DNA of 63,196 bases, filler included, from Asterionella formosa (lineage: Eukaryota): assembly GCA_002256025.1 (NCBI GenBank). It is 2 parts of 2 records of this genome, joined end to end, with 100 filler letters (N's around TTAATTAATTAA, not from the genome) between each part and the next. Parts side by side here need not be neighbours in the genome. Positions count along the whole stretch, not along the records: positions 31,665 to 63,196 come from NKIB01000633.1; 1 more part is not named here. The stretch is one strand, 5' to 3'. Below are positions 39,518-51,897 of the stretch, in pieces. The notes below the pieces were generated by a model. It ran no database searches and was not told the origin of the DNA. It worked only from the letters and a program-made list of their open reading frames with translations. Numbering within the stretch: the stretch's first letter is position 1; each line of letters begins with the position of its first letter. A program made the translations under genes and the position numbers.

Positions 39518-41881
39518 GGTTGCGGCCCCGCAGTTACAAATTGCGAGGTCCGTTTTTCCCAAAATATTTTTATGATTTACCTCGATCCATACATCACGTA
39601 CAAGTAAATAATAGTTAAAGGTAAAATTAGCTTTCACCATTACAACCACTTTGCATATGCTTAGATACTGTCATTGCTCGAGTTAGGGGTATGATCTATA
39701 TTCAAATATGGTAAGGACCCTATTTCTGGAGAGAAGTGGCAGTTATGTATCATAGATTCATAACTACTGCAAAAAATAGTCTAAAAAAGGGGCTACAGAG
39801 CTTTTCAAAAACTCCAGGAAACATAACTGCCACTTCTCTCCAGAAATTAACTCCTGACATTATAGGTTACACGGGTATCTATTCTTATTGTCATGAAATC
39901 CCATAGATGTAGAGCTTTCCTCCTCCAAAAAGTCGATCCGATCGGCTTTTTCAACAGTTGCCAAAATATTCTTGTAGACATAGGAGTCTTGAAAAGGCAT
40001 ATTTGCCAGAATGATTCTCTGTCCAAAAAGACTCCATGGTAATTTCCTGCATTACTATACATATTCTGATTGGTTGAATTAAATTTACTAACCTGCTCCA
40101 GATTGACTGGAGTATCCCGATCTTGTAAAATCACGCCAGCCACACTTGAACCACATGAATTAGACTCATCTGTAAAATCAGTATTACCAGTAGTTTCATG
40201 TACAAGGTTAACACGAGAAGCTGCTTGCATTTTGCTGTTGTTGTATGGACATTGTGCACTTGTCCCTCTCAAATGATTGGTACGTCCGTAATGTTTGAAT
40301 TTCTTGGCAGCAGGAGATTAAACACTTCCTTGAATATCCATGGTGACTGCTATACCTGATTCGTAAGTTCTTCCTCATTACTTGTAAGTCTTTTCTTGTT
40401 TAATTGTTTCAAATCGTGAACTATGGATTGCTTCGCTTCGTTCACATTTCCTTGCGGGTTTTTTCTTGTATTCAGCATCGTTTGTTCATCTTTTTGACGT
40501 TGACTCCAAAAGGTTTGTTGTTGGGTTGACATAGTCATCCCCAACATTTCATATACATCTGACATGTATTTATCAGCGCCTTGTGTCTGCTGTCCTACCA
40601 CTAATGCTACTTGATAGAGAAGGCTTTGGGAGCCAGAGAACATTTTGTTTTTTGGACAATGCCTTGCAGCAGCATTGTTCATCACCTCATTCATTTGCGT
40701 ATCGAATGGATAATGTTATGCTTTGCGCTTCTCATTCTTTTGCCAACATTTTCGATTAACCAAACATACATTTCCTTGTTGTTGTCAATGCTCCGATATT
40801 TCTTTTACTCAATCTTTTATTTGCTTTTGGAGCCAGGACATCACTCTGGATTACAGTGCTCATGACTGTCAAATAGGTGGTGGATTGGTGTCATTGATGC
40901 TGCACGAAAATCTTCGAATGGCTTTTTTGGATTTTTTTTATGAAGCATCCATAATAGATTTTCAGTCGCAGGCAGTCTTTCTTTGTTAATCTTGCATCGC
41001 ATTTTGGGCCTCGGGACATCAAGAAGCAGGGGCGAATGATGACACGAACTCGGTGGGAGGGATTGGATAAGAAAACCGACTCTTTGATGTGTAATGGAAC
41101 GCATCCATGGATTGCTTTTTTGCGCCGCTGTTGTTTCTTGGCCATTCAGACAATGAATTTTGTAGTTGTAAATCTTTATACGACAATTTGCAGTTAGCTC
41201 TTATAGGTGGAATCATCATCGCAACCCATTGTGGTGTAGAAGACTTGATAGTTATCCACTGCCTTGATCACCATTTCAACACAAGAAGCATTGACTTGGA
41301 ACTACCCAATAGGTGATTCTTAGAGCAAACATGAGGCTCGGTTGACATAAACCCACAGCCTGCAACTTCTGATTCAGTAATGATACGATCAACACAAGTA
41401 GGGCATGGAACATGCATGATTGTATGGACGTGGATTGGATTCACTGGGGGAGATCCAACAGAACTCATGGTTGATTGTTGCCTTGTTTGATGTTTTCGGA
41501 GAGGAGAACCAATATTGCATTACTATAGAAGCAGGATGTACATGCTCGAGGTATACCGGTACTATAGCTAGTATATACATGTGTTCTGGTGGGGAGTAAA
41601 ATTATATCTGCATTGAGCAAGCTAGATACAACATAAATGTACAACTCTTGTGGATCGCCTGCCGCTCGTATGTATTTAAATTGTCAATATTTTCTACGCT
41701 GCCACTCTGTCGTCAAATATTTTGTTTCGTCCTGATGTCTAGTAAAGTGCGCATGCAGTGATTAATTCTTTTTGCAACGAGCGAACCATCCGCAATTGCC
41801 AGGCTCACCTTCCATGGGCATAGGGAACCATTTACACCCCAATATAGCCAGCCACCTATGAAAATAACTCTGCGAGGTCGG
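39518..41881 (-). mobile_element. Degenerate Kolobok-like DDE DNA transposon
   Basis: Broken minus-strand ORF with HVCSKNHLLGSSKSM, DDDS, HHLFDSHEHCNPE and PKNKMFSGSQSLLYQVALVVG. Flanked by TTAA at 39514 and 41882, with partial inverted ends (CGGCCCCGCAG/CGACCTCGCAG). Confidence 0.65.
39722..39847. repeat. Perfect 27-bp inverted repeat with 72-nt spacer
   Basis: ATTTCTGGAGAGAAGTGGCAGTTATGT at 39722-39748 and its reverse complement at 39821-39847. Confidence 0.9.
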
Positions 41882-42854
41882 TTAAAACATCACCGTACCT
41901 CGATATGAAACTCATGCTGTTGTCGAACTTGTCAGTACGTCTCCCTTGTGAAAAGGATAGTCTGGCATTTGTCGATAACCCCGCTACCTTGGTACCTGGT
42001 AGGAGGCACTTGGTATTCCTGGTACTTCATCGCCCTTGTGTAATGGATATGGATAGTATGGAATTTGTCGATAACCCCGGTACCTTGGTTCTTGGTTAGG
42101 GGCTAAAATTATATCTCCCGCAAGGACCATTTAATATCAACATTTATTCACACAAGTCCAATTTCATTGATAATGGCAGAGAGCCAGGTACCGGTACCCT
42201 GGTACCAGTAACATGAACGGGTATACCGATACGCGACGGGTTACATAGCTAGAGTACATAGAAGTATAAAATACCTAACAAATGTATTTACTTAGGGAAA
42301 GGACAATGATACTATGGTATTCTCCGGAGAACTATAAAAGATGAAGTGGTTGTACCATGATAATCCGTACTATAATGCTTTTTTGTGTTTTACATTAAAA
42401 TGTCCTCTCTATGTCATGATCGCATCAGAGGCTGAAATGTTGTGAGCAATAAAGTTCGTTGCGATATTAAATAAATATAATGGAGGAATAATGAAACTCG
42501 AAACGGTTGGAAAGGAAACATTTCCATTTGATTATCGCATAATTTATATCAATCGCCTGCCACACATGTAAAAAACGTTCGGGAACAATTTCAGCAAGAA
42601 AAACGGCAGTAACGATGAAAAGAGGATGACCATCACTGATTGGCTTCTCTCCTCGACAAAAATGTTTATGTCCGCGCATAAGCGATAAATCCAACATTAT
42701 ACCGCCGTTTTATAAATATGAGGCAAGACAAAGATCTATACACAGTATATATCAATTATTTTCCCGCATTAATTTTATTCTACGCAACATTGCATGGTAA
42801 GAGAGTTCTATAAAGCACTGCCTTCTAGACTGCCGGATTCCTAGTTACAGCGCC

Positions 42855-44729
42855 ATGAGCAAGATTTATTCAACACACAAAGACAATCCTTCGATGACGA
42901 TGACGATGACGATGCCGAAACGACGAAACGTCGGCCTGATGCTTGAATCATGTGTCAGAACCTCGTCCCTTGGCACGGTGACTAAGGAAGGAATGGAGTC
43001 CGATGTGGGAGGCGGTATCATGTTTACTGTGGAATCCCTGACAGATCCAATTGATGTGTACGCCATGGAACTGAACGTTCGGTCTCTCAATGCAACGACA
43101 AATGTGGAAGTATATACTCGATTGGGGGGCAACCTGACGGATGCGATGATGGACCATTCTGCGCTGACGAAAAATTGGACCAGAATTGTAAATGCCGCTG
43201 TGCCGGTCTGGAAGTTTGAAGGACTAGGAACTCTGATTCCCGAGCATATGTTTACCAAAGTTTCAATGCAACCGAACGAACAACGGTCCTTTTATGTGAT
43301 ACTCCAAAACTCTGATCTCGGATACATTAGAACTGACCAAGCGAATGTTGGTACAATACTTGCTTCGGATGATTTCCTGCAGGTCCATGTGGGGGTTGGA
43401 CTATCCCAAAACAGGGTCAACACATCACAGGGTAACATGACTGGCATGCAGTTCAATGGATACTTTCACTACAAACATGCGACGGATTGCCAGATACCAA
43501 GAATCAAAACGCAAGTCACGTACCCATTTTACGTTAAGGTATTTCCCACGACCAATATAATGCGCACTAGCAAAGATATAATCATGGAACAATTGAATGA
43601 TGGGGTCAGGACAGTCATGGAACAAAGCATGGGAGGTATAGATTTGCAAGATCTCAGGGACAATTTCGAGTTATCCTTGGACAGTATCACAACTGTTTCC
43701 AGGAGAGTCATTACAAATTCAACCAAGTGTCCTTTTGCGGACTGGGCTTATGGATGTGTGTTATTGGATACTATTATGATATTCTCTCATCTAGACAATG
43801 TTTCTTCAGGCATGGTGGAGTATTCCATATACAAACTACAAGGCAACATAACACAGACACTAGGTTCAGATACTCTGCAGGTGGTCTACGGAGGGAACTT
43901 GACTCTGACGTCGCAGGTGCTTTTGGCCATGAAAGGAGTTCCTGTTGGTGTCACCATGAACGATGTGCAAAAGCGTTTCTTAGGTCAAGAAGTGGCGAAT
44001 TATCTATCACTACAGCTCTCCGGAGTTGAAGCACCTTATGTCTTGGGAGCTGAAATAACCAAACAACGAGGACCCGATTCAGCTGCTGGCAAAGTTGGAA
44101 CACGTCGTTTAGCAGAAGCCACCACACAAGGCGATTGGATAGAGGTCACGGTCGAAATTTTGACATTGTATACTCCACCCCTGGATATTATTTCTAAATT
44201 TGACTACGTCGCCTTGGAAGCGATCCGCGAGGACCCAAATCAATTTATAAAGGGATTGGTCCGGGGACATGAACAACCAGGATCGCTAGTAGAAGGATCC
44301 GAGGGACAGTTTTTCTCAGATATTTATTTAATCAAGTTTAATCATGCAGGTGATGGTACACGCGCAATCTTGGCGCCGAGATCTCAAGAAGTGACGATAC
44401 TAGGAATCAGTCGGGTTTGGTTTATGGGAATGTGTGGAGGTATCATCCTGTTGACATTACTATTATGGATTATTGTTTTGAGGAAAAAGAAGACTATGCA
44501 CGCTGCATCAGAGCAACAGCTGTTACAGGCAGCAGCTCTGTCTCAATCACTGCAACCTCCATCAGCATTTTCCAGTAAAGGAGGCAAAGCTGCATCATCC
44601 AGAACATCTATTGGAACGATAAATTCAACATGGACAATGGAGACTGAGGTTTCAGAAAGCATACCAAAAAATGACCCGCCAGGCCGTTATAAAAACTACC
44701 AGTACCAAGTGCAACTAGCTGAATGCTAG
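42855..44729 (+). CDS. Hypothetical single-pass membrane protein (624 aa)
   Basis: Long ORF with a beta-rich N-terminal region, RRL motif, C-terminal TM (VWFMGMCGGIILLTLLLWIIVL) followed by RKKK. Confidence 0.85.
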   Translation: MSKIYSTHKDNPSMTMTMTMPKRRNVGLMLESCVRTSSLGTVTKEGMESDVGGGIMFTVESLTDPIDVYAMELNVRSLNATTNVEVYTRLGGNLTDAMMDHSALTKNWTRIVNAAVPVWKFEGLGTLIPEHMFTKVSMQPNEQRSFYVILQNSDLGYIRTDQANVGTILASDDFLQVHVGVGLSQNRVNTSQGNMTGMQFNGYFHYKHATDCQIPRIKTQVTYPFYVKVFPTTNIMRTSKDIIMEQLNDGVRTVMEQSMGGIDLQDLRDNFELSLDSITTVSRRVITNSTKCPFADWAYGCVLLDTIMIFSHLDNVSSGMVEYSIYKLQGNITQTLGSDTLQVVYGGNLTLTSQVLLAMKGVPVGVTMNDVQKRFLGQEVANYLSLQLSGVEAPYVLGAEITKQRGPDSAAGKVGTRRLAEATTQGDWIEVTVEILTLYTPPLDIISKFDYVALEAIREDPNQFIKGLVRGHEQPGSLVEGSEGQFFSDIYLIKFNHAGDGTRAILAPRSQEVTILGISRVWFMGMCGGIILLTLLLWIIVLRKKKTMHAASEQQLLQAAALSQSLQPPSAFSSKGGKAASSRTSIGTINSTWTMETEVSESIPKNDPPGRYKNYQYQVQLAEC

Positions 44730-44935
44730 GCCAGATTGATTGTACAGGAGAATGGGAAAATGTGCAAATGCCAGCTTAGTCTGCAGGGGCTGTGAGACCA
44801 ATGGGCAACCCCATGGATGACATTAGATCAGTAAACCAAGGGTGGATAGTGGCTCCAAGGCCCTATTCATCTGAGATGGAAGACACTCTTCCTTTCAGCA
44901 GCAAATTTTGTTGACATCTAGTTTATGTATATAGG

Positions 44936-45261
44936 TGTCAAAGTGAGCTCATCTAGGTGGTTATGATTCACAGTCAAATGAGTCAACTTTTGATGTAGCA
45001 AGCCCCCATCAACCACACAATATCACTCTAATTGTTATGAGCTGGTCTACATAAGCTGTTCAAAAGGCCAATAGTTTGGATCAAATGATCAATAGTTATA
45101 AACCTATGATCAGTAGGTGTGAGATATACATGGGTCTATCTATGAATGTATGTTCATCCCTATAAATGCCAACAGCATTTGGATAAATAGTTCATTTGAA
45201 TCTTCAAATGAACAAACCTAACTGGTTTAGTAACTCACAATAAAAATATAGAAATGAAACC
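44936..45261. mobile_element. Truncated LTR, same family as 3134-3559
   Basis: Begins TGTCAAAGTGAGCTCATC and shares AACCTATGATCAGTA.GTGTGAGATA.ACATGGGTCTATCTATGA. Confidence 0.8.
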
Positions 45262-45839
45262 TATGCACTTAATTCTTCTTCAAATCCTGCAAATGTTGAG
45301 CTAGCTACTATTGTCCAAAAAATAAACAAAAATGGCCTTTTCAACCATCTCCAAAACATCGGAATCTTAACAACATAGGCCTCAGTACCAAAACATCATC
45401 ATCCGAATCAGAGCCTTGTGATGCAATATTTAGTGGTAAATGTTCCTGTACCAAAAATTTCATTGTAAGTGAGCGCGGTATTACTTATATACAGATTGGC
45501 TATTGTGAATTACTTACCTCGTCCACTTGATTGGCCCAGTTTGCAAGATCTCGTCACCCACTATGGCCACACTGAATACATATGTAACATTTTCTTCAGT
45601 GATCACCGGTAATAAATGCATACCTGTAGAATTCACTTTGCTTGCCTTGAAAGTATGGGTAGAGTGCGCTGCTTTTCCTTTGATGATCATTTTGGGCGAA
45701 ATGTTTGCATTGTTCATTTCTTGTTGTGTCCTTTCTTGCTGTGAATCATGAACATCTGTTTGTAGCGCCATAAAAGATATAGAAATAAAGCCAAATTCAT
45801 GCCACCTCACTTCTAAAGGAGCGAGTTTGAAAGGGTTTA

Positions 45840-46243
45840 CAGGAATGACTCAGTTGGTTGGGCACATTGCCTTTGATTTGAAGTTGTGTGGTTTGATTCC
45901 TGCAATTTTTTGAGAAGCAATTGTTGGGTTCAACTCCCACACTCCTCACAGCCCTGCACAGCCTTGCCTGCAAGTTAAGGTCATTTTGCTTTAAAAAAAC
46001 CAATTTAATCTAGGATAAAGAAAGCTTAAATGTTAGTTAAGCAAAATTACCGCAACATGCTGGTGTGCAAGTGAAAGGTGGGTTGCCTCTCTTCAAGCAG
46101 TGTGCCGCCTTCCTAGGTAGTCGGAGTTTCCCCTAATGCTGCGGCTCAGACAATCGCCTTTTGCGAAAAATGGTTGGGGACTCAACTATGCTAACAAAAA
46201 TAGGGAAGCACACAGACTTATCGGCAGGCCATAATATGAAATT
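45840..46243 (+). mobile_element. tRNA-derived SINE-like element, copy 2 (more decayed, with nested insertion)
   Basis: Colinear with 29581-29895; many differences are CpG-type transitions. Confidence 0.7.
45971..46059. mobile_element. 89-bp MITE with CTG target duplication
   Basis: Absent from SINE copy 1. 23-bp imperfect TIRs (CAAGTTAAGGTCATTTTGCTTTA / CATGTTGCGGTAATTTTGCTTAA) with CTG on both sides. Confidence 0.85.
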
Positions 46244-46858
46244 CCACATTTGAATCCATGGTCTTAGAAAGCGCATTATAAGTGAGTTCAAATCGACATA
46301 GCACCGCAAATCCTCCTTCTCATTACTTACACAAAGGCTTTGTGATACAAGGTTCTACTAACTAACTACTTCTGTGCATGCTTCTACACAACTATTCATT
46401 GCAGCCAGGCTGATTTACTAGTTAATGGTATAATAGGTGGTGAACAACTACAAGGAGGTTCTACAAGGTTCTACACTGGATATTGGAATTGCGACAGTAT
46501 CCTTTGCTACCTCTCTACCCAGAAAGTCACACCTTTCAAGATTGACATTTTCCTGCTATTGCTGCAGACAATATAGATTCTTTCAACTTAGTGGTTTCAC
46601 TCACAGTAATCCATCAAGGAAGTCCCCAGGTGCTCATCAGAAGTTATTCCCACTTTTACCACCCATTGATCAGGGTAGATTTCTGAAACCTCCATCACAA
46701 CACGCCATGATTACTGGTATATACACTATCAAAATGCTTAAATTGGATGTATTTAGAGTGCTTTTCCAGCTTTGTTGAAAGAAGGAAGACTGTGGTCAAT
46801 TTGAGAAAGCCAAGTGATGTATTAGAAAGTTTCTAATCTTCCATTTGTTGTGTATTTC

Positions 46859-48071
46859 CTACACTTCCAATACTTTTGGATAAAAGATACTTGACTTGTC
46901 TTGAAACAAGTTTTCCACTGGTTCCAATATACCAGGGACAAATCCAAATCTTGTAAAAAATCGATGAAAGGGCATGGTATCTTCTTCTTCTGAACGGTAT
47001 TGATTCAATAATTCTTCTCCTGGATTTATGTTTCGTTTGGCCCGAACTTCTACTGTCCCATCTGATTTCTTCATAGCATGAGAAATATTAGGTTCGTCTG
47101 AATGCTGCAACATATCCAACAACGGTACAAGCTTGTCTGCTGTATTGTCATCATCTTCAAATCCTCTTGTCAATAATGTCACAAAGGCACCCTTAATGGC
47201 ATCGGAAAGGTCCTCGACAATGACATTTGGTGATTGTGGGGGAGGTTGCCAAGGGAAGCGAAATCCATTTGGTAATTCTTCTCCACGAGCTTCTCGAATG
47301 GATGGTCCAACGATACTATTCAATACAGTAATGGCCAAGTCAACCTTTTATGTTGTTGTTATGGAGAAGCAAACATATTTCGGGGTGAGAAAGACAGAAC
47401 CCATAATAATAGAATGAATCAGCATGGTATAATTAAAAACTCACTTCAGATCGCAATTCAGTACTTTCTTTGAAACAAAATGATCCTTTCAAAATGGTAT
47501 CAACTTGATCCTTGTCCCAAAATAACACATGTTCTTGTGAATTTATTCCTCGTTCCCATGGCAACGTATCGAAATATGGTCGAAATTTGGTGGTAGCAGC
47601 ATCATCACTGTCGTTCGACAACAAATACTCTTTTGCCAAGTATCCTGCCATGACGACAGTATTTCCACCAGGTCCAACCTGTTTCATAAACTTTTGAAAC
47701 TTGTCACCATGCTGTGGATCTGCTTTGACTTGATCCATGCTAATACATGCCGATCGAGGAACTGTAAATAGCAATTCTCCTTGTTCAATGGCTTGAGTGA
47801 CGAAGGCACCATATCCAATTCCTCGATTCGATGGCTGAATATCAAGGGTGTCATGAACAAACGCCCCTGTCGATTTCAACCATGAAACCAATGCTTCATA
47901 TTTGGATTTATCTACTGGATGAACAGTCATGGGAGGAAGAATGCTATTATTGGAGTTGATGGCATCATACTCAGACAATGTTGATACTTGCAGTGGATAA
48001 TTGTAACATTGTTGTTGCTGTTGTGGTGATCCAATCGCAAACAAGACGGCGGCTTGTTTGAGAAACGTCAT
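46859..48071 (-). CDS. SET-domain protein lysine methyltransferase (Rubisco LSMT/SETD3-like)
   Basis: Exons 48071-47445 and 47344-46859. Motifs GIGYGAFVT, FRPYFDTLP, LVPLLDMLQHSDEPN, GEELLNQY, RFGFV. Confidence 0.9.
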
Positions 48072-49101
48072 TTGGAAGTGTTAATAATAACTACTGCCGG
48101 TACTACCGGAACTATTACCAATATAATGATAAAATAATGATCAAGCAGAATGAAGAAGACAGCAAGCAAAGCAATCTGAATGATCAAGTACGTGATGGTG
48201 GAGGAAAAGACCAGTTGTTCTTTGTAGGTTACTTACTCTACCTGGCACCTGGTACGTATAAATGATACATATAGCATATTAGCTGAGCAATACTACGGTA
48301 GTGGTACATGTAGTAAAACAAGGACAATCAAGAGGAGATGATCATGATTCATGTCGTTATGGTTACACACTACCTGGTACCGGTAGCTATATACCGTTGG
48401 GTCCATGTCAGGAACAGTTCAATATCAAACTGTCAGCCGTCATGGAAGGCAGCCACTCGGTGGCGGTGAAAGTAGTTCTTTTTACGTACCACTCCTGTAC
48501 GGATTCTCGTCCTTGTCGTTACGCCCAAAGATCGCGAAGCAAACGTTAAAGGTATCTTCAGAATTCCACGTGTCAGAAGCAGGTATGGATGTCATCGCTC
48601 TCCACCGAGTAAAATACATCTTGGTACCTGGTACCCTGGTTGGAACAGTACGAAATCACTTACAGAATACAGGTAGTCGATTACCGGTAGTCTATTAAAT
48701 CATTATAGACTACAACAACTAAGTTTAACTTGAATAAAAATGCTGTATATACGGATACATTCACGCCTAAAATAATTAAAATACATGTAGATACGCACCG
48801 GAGTAATAAAAATACAATGATTACATTCACATTAAACATACCGGTAGATACCGGTACCAGGTACCAGGGTACCAGTTACTCTGTGCTAACTGGTAACCCT
48901 GGTAACAGGTACAACGAAATTCCATCCTGTGATGATGGTCTCACTTTTTTTCACAACCGCACCGCCGATTCCATTTCATTGGTGCCACCAAAAGCCTTTG
49001 TCACGTTCAGTTGCCTAAGATTCTTACAAACAAGCAAGCAAGCCAACCCCAGTGACCCCAACGCAGAACAATAGTCGCAGTAACGGTATTAGTATCATAT
49101 A

Positions 49102-49839
49102 ATGGTGGTTGTTGCAACTGCCATTGTTGCCATCTTTGGGGCATTATTAGGTGCCAACTATTTGTTGGGCCCCAAAGTTCCGCTGTACGAATTCCAAGTC
49201 TTGCGACTGCCTTTGCTCTGGTGGACCAAGTGGGGTGAAGTATCCACAACACTTTATGCTCAAATACAATTGCATAATGACAATGTCGTCCGAACCAACG
49301 TCCATGCGGCATCATTTGATTTATTCTTTCCCAATACTTGGACTGAAGGTAATGACTTGGTCCATATAGGTCATGTTATGAATATCAATCAATATTATGG
49401 AAAAGACGAAGCCACGGTAGTTTGGAGTATGCCCGCCAAGGAGTTATTTACTATCAAGGATTCTGTCCGATTGCAAATACCAATATCCAGATTCATGACT
49501 GTGTTGTCGTCGTTGCTGTATGTAGCAGTAACGCATGGTGGGATCATCCCACTTCCCTCGACAGGTATTGTGCATATTATTGCTCCTCCTCCTCATGCCA
49601 AGGGTACCATGGCCATGGTATGTGATACGACTTTGAATGTATGGTCACTGTCCTTGCATGGACAAGCCTGTACGATGAAACATTTCCTACCCGGATGGTG
49701 GAATATGACCAATCAAGTGGACCAATTGCAGCATTATGCTTTGGAAGTATTGGAATGGAATCCATCGACCCATAGTGTGTTGGGTTCAAAAAAGAAGAAG
49801 GCAAACAAGAGGACACAAGCACATACTGGCGCAAACTAA
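49102..49839 (+). CDS. Membrane-anchored LEA_2/WHy-like beta-sandwich protein
   Basis: N-terminal TM followed by PKVPLYEF and IQLHNDNVVRTNVHAASFDLF, which resemble LEA_2 domains. Confidence 0.6.
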   Translation: MVVVATAIVAIFGALLGANYLLGPKVPLYEFQVLRLPLLWWTKWGEVSTTLYAQIQLHNDNVVRTNVHAASFDLFFPNTWTEGNDLVHIGHVMNINQYYGKDEATVVWSMPAKELFTIKDSVRLQIPISRFMTVLSSLLYVAVTHGGIIPLPSTGIVHIIAPPPHAKGTMAMVCDTTLNVWSLSLHGQACTMKHFLPGWWNMTNQVDQLQHYALEVLEWNPSTHSVLGSKKKKANKRTQAHTGAN

Positions 49840-50565
49840 AAAATAGAAAATCACGTGACAGCAGTTCAAAGACTATTTCCGTTATACACAAGTAAAAGGA
49901 CGGAACTAATAGTGAAGTGGTACGCGAGAATCCAAAAACTCGCACTTATGGGAGGGTCCCAAAAGTGCTGGTGGTGTACGTCATTTTAAAGACCCAAGGA
50001 TGCCTTGTCCAAGAATGAGTGGTAAGCTTAAATACTGGAATATGAATGATATAGTGGGTTGGATGTTCGAATCCTTCCTCGTCATCACGTTTTGGATAAG
50101 ATACGAAAAATGGGTGCTTTGATACAAGTATAGCTATGATTAATTTTAGTAGCAGTTGAGTTGCTAAAGTGTTAGGAAATCAATATGGTAAAGGGAATCA
50201 TTCTGCAACTCATGACAAGATGATCATAACAGGTTCATCATGAGAATTGATCCAGGCTTTACAGTACTAAAGGTATGCCCTCTATCAATTATTGGGGAGA
50301 GAATAAGAGAGTCAACAAGAGTGATCAAGTTATCATTATGAAAAAAAAATACGGTAGTGCGAGTCGAAGGCTACTGTAATTACCACTAGCTATAATACTG
50401 GTAGCTTCATTATTTCCTTCAGCCATCATACTACCGGTAGTCTACAACGTCATCCTCATCATGTCTACCGGTACTGTTGTCCGGTACATCGTGTACCGGT
50501 ATTGAAGATTCTCATAAATTTTCTGTTCATAATTTGCATTGCATTTAATGCACTAGTATGATCCG

Positions 50566-51663
50566 ATGCATCCACACCTCTTGCTTTGTTTTTACCTTTT
50601 CCTAAAGGATATCTCGATAGTATCAAGTTTCGTTCCATCAATTCTACCCGTAACAAGTAGTTATAAGCACAGCCGTGCAAGTCGAACCTCTCAACGAAAC
50701 GCTGACCCCACGAAGGGCCGCTCTACGACTGTTCCAGTTCCTGCTGAAGAACCGTCGTGGGCATGGCATGGATTGTTCTTCTCTTCATTTACCGATGGAA
50801 TATTTTCCTCTGAACCAGCCCGCTTCTTTTTGAAACAAGGATTGAATGCATTGATGAAACATGGCAGCAGCAGCAGTACTACTACTAGATACATAAATCA
50901 ATCCCCCATGCGGTTGTTGTATATTCCAACTGCCATGTATGCACCTAGACTTGACAGTGAAAATTCCCTTGGCAAACAAAGGCAGCGTGCGCGAGCAGAT
51001 GGGAAGAAACGTCGCACTCAAATAATCCAACTGATTCAACAACTTGTCGATGTGAATGCCAATACCGTCTCTGCTGTAACTTTCGACCTGGATGATGGAT
51101 CCATCAAGCAACCAGAAGGATTTTTGAGCAATGAATCAATTCCTACCACTATATCATCATTGTTGGTGGATTGGGATCCAAATGTATTGTATATGGAAGG
51201 TGGGAATACCTTTTGGCTGCATCATTGTTTGACCAAGAGTACTAGTGCTACTGATGATGATGAGGCAATAGTACCGGTAGCATTGTTGATAAAAGATCTC
51301 ATGACTACTCCATACCGTTGTGTTACCATGGGTGCCAGTGCAGGCGCTATTGTAGCAGGTGCACAGTTATGTCCTGCCACTTGGAAACAATGGGATGATC
51401 CCAGTGTCGTTCCAGATATGACACACTATGATGATTGGCAAACCATTGTAGGTCAAAATGTTGCTGGAGGGACATCCTTCTTCCCTCACTATACTCCAGA
51501 GTGGGACAATGTTCTTGCTAGCAAACAAGGGAGCGTACCGCAACTGGTATGTTTGGCTGATGCTGATGTCGCTTGTATTAATGGCATTGAAAAAAGTATG
51601 ACCGTCCTTCGAGGGAGTACCAAATGTACGGCTTATGAGTTGCCACCTCCTCATGGCGAATAA
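50566..51663 (+). CDS. Peptidase S51 (dipeptidase E/cyanophycinase-like), probably plastid-targeted
   Basis: LLYIPTA, YMEGGNTFWL, nucleophile motif GASAGA, FFPHY; N-terminal SS|FVP plus a Ser/Thr/Arg-rich transit region. Confidence 0.88.
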   Translation: MHPHLLLCFYLFLKDISIVSSFVPSILPVTSSYKHSRASRTSQRNADPTKGRSTTVPVPAEEPSWAWHGLFFSSFTDGIFSSEPARFFLKQGLNALMKHGSSSSTTTRYINQSPMRLLYIPTAMYAPRLDSENSLGKQRQRARADGKKRRTQIIQLIQQLVDVNANTVSAVTFDLDDGSIKQPEGFLSNESIPTTISSLLVDWDPNVLYMEGGNTFWLHHCLTKSTSATDDDEAIVPVALLIKDLMTTPYRCVTMGASAGAIVAGAQLCPATWKQWDDPSVVPDMTHYDDWQTIVGQNVAGGTSFFPHYTPEWDNVLASKQGSVPQLVCLADADVACINGIEKSMTVLRGSTKCTAYELPPPHGE

Positions 51664-51897
51664 GTGAACAATGTATGTGAAAGTGTTTCTTTCATTTTCT
51701 GTTAAGTGGAATAGTTTGGTTATAGTTAATATGTAGACAAGATGAATGTGATTAAAGGAAAAGGTCGAAGTATCCAACCACTACAATGAAACTATAGACT
51801 GTTGTCCTGATGAAAACAACGAAATGGATTTCACGCAAAGAGGAAAGCGAATGCAGCTTTGGAAGGTGCTGTAGTTGCAATAAAGAGTTAGCAAGTA

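Larger units (their letters stand above)
38931..42190 (+). repeat. Dispersed direct repeats at 38931-39070, 41967-42002 and 42063-42190
   Basis: ATTTGTCGATAACCCCG.(.)TACCTTGGT occurs three times; TAATATCAACATTTATTCACACAAGTC occurs twice. Confidence 0.85.

Noticed and set aside
51807..51826. Hammerhead-like CTGATGA...GAAA
   Set aside because: No stem II and no convincing stems I or III.
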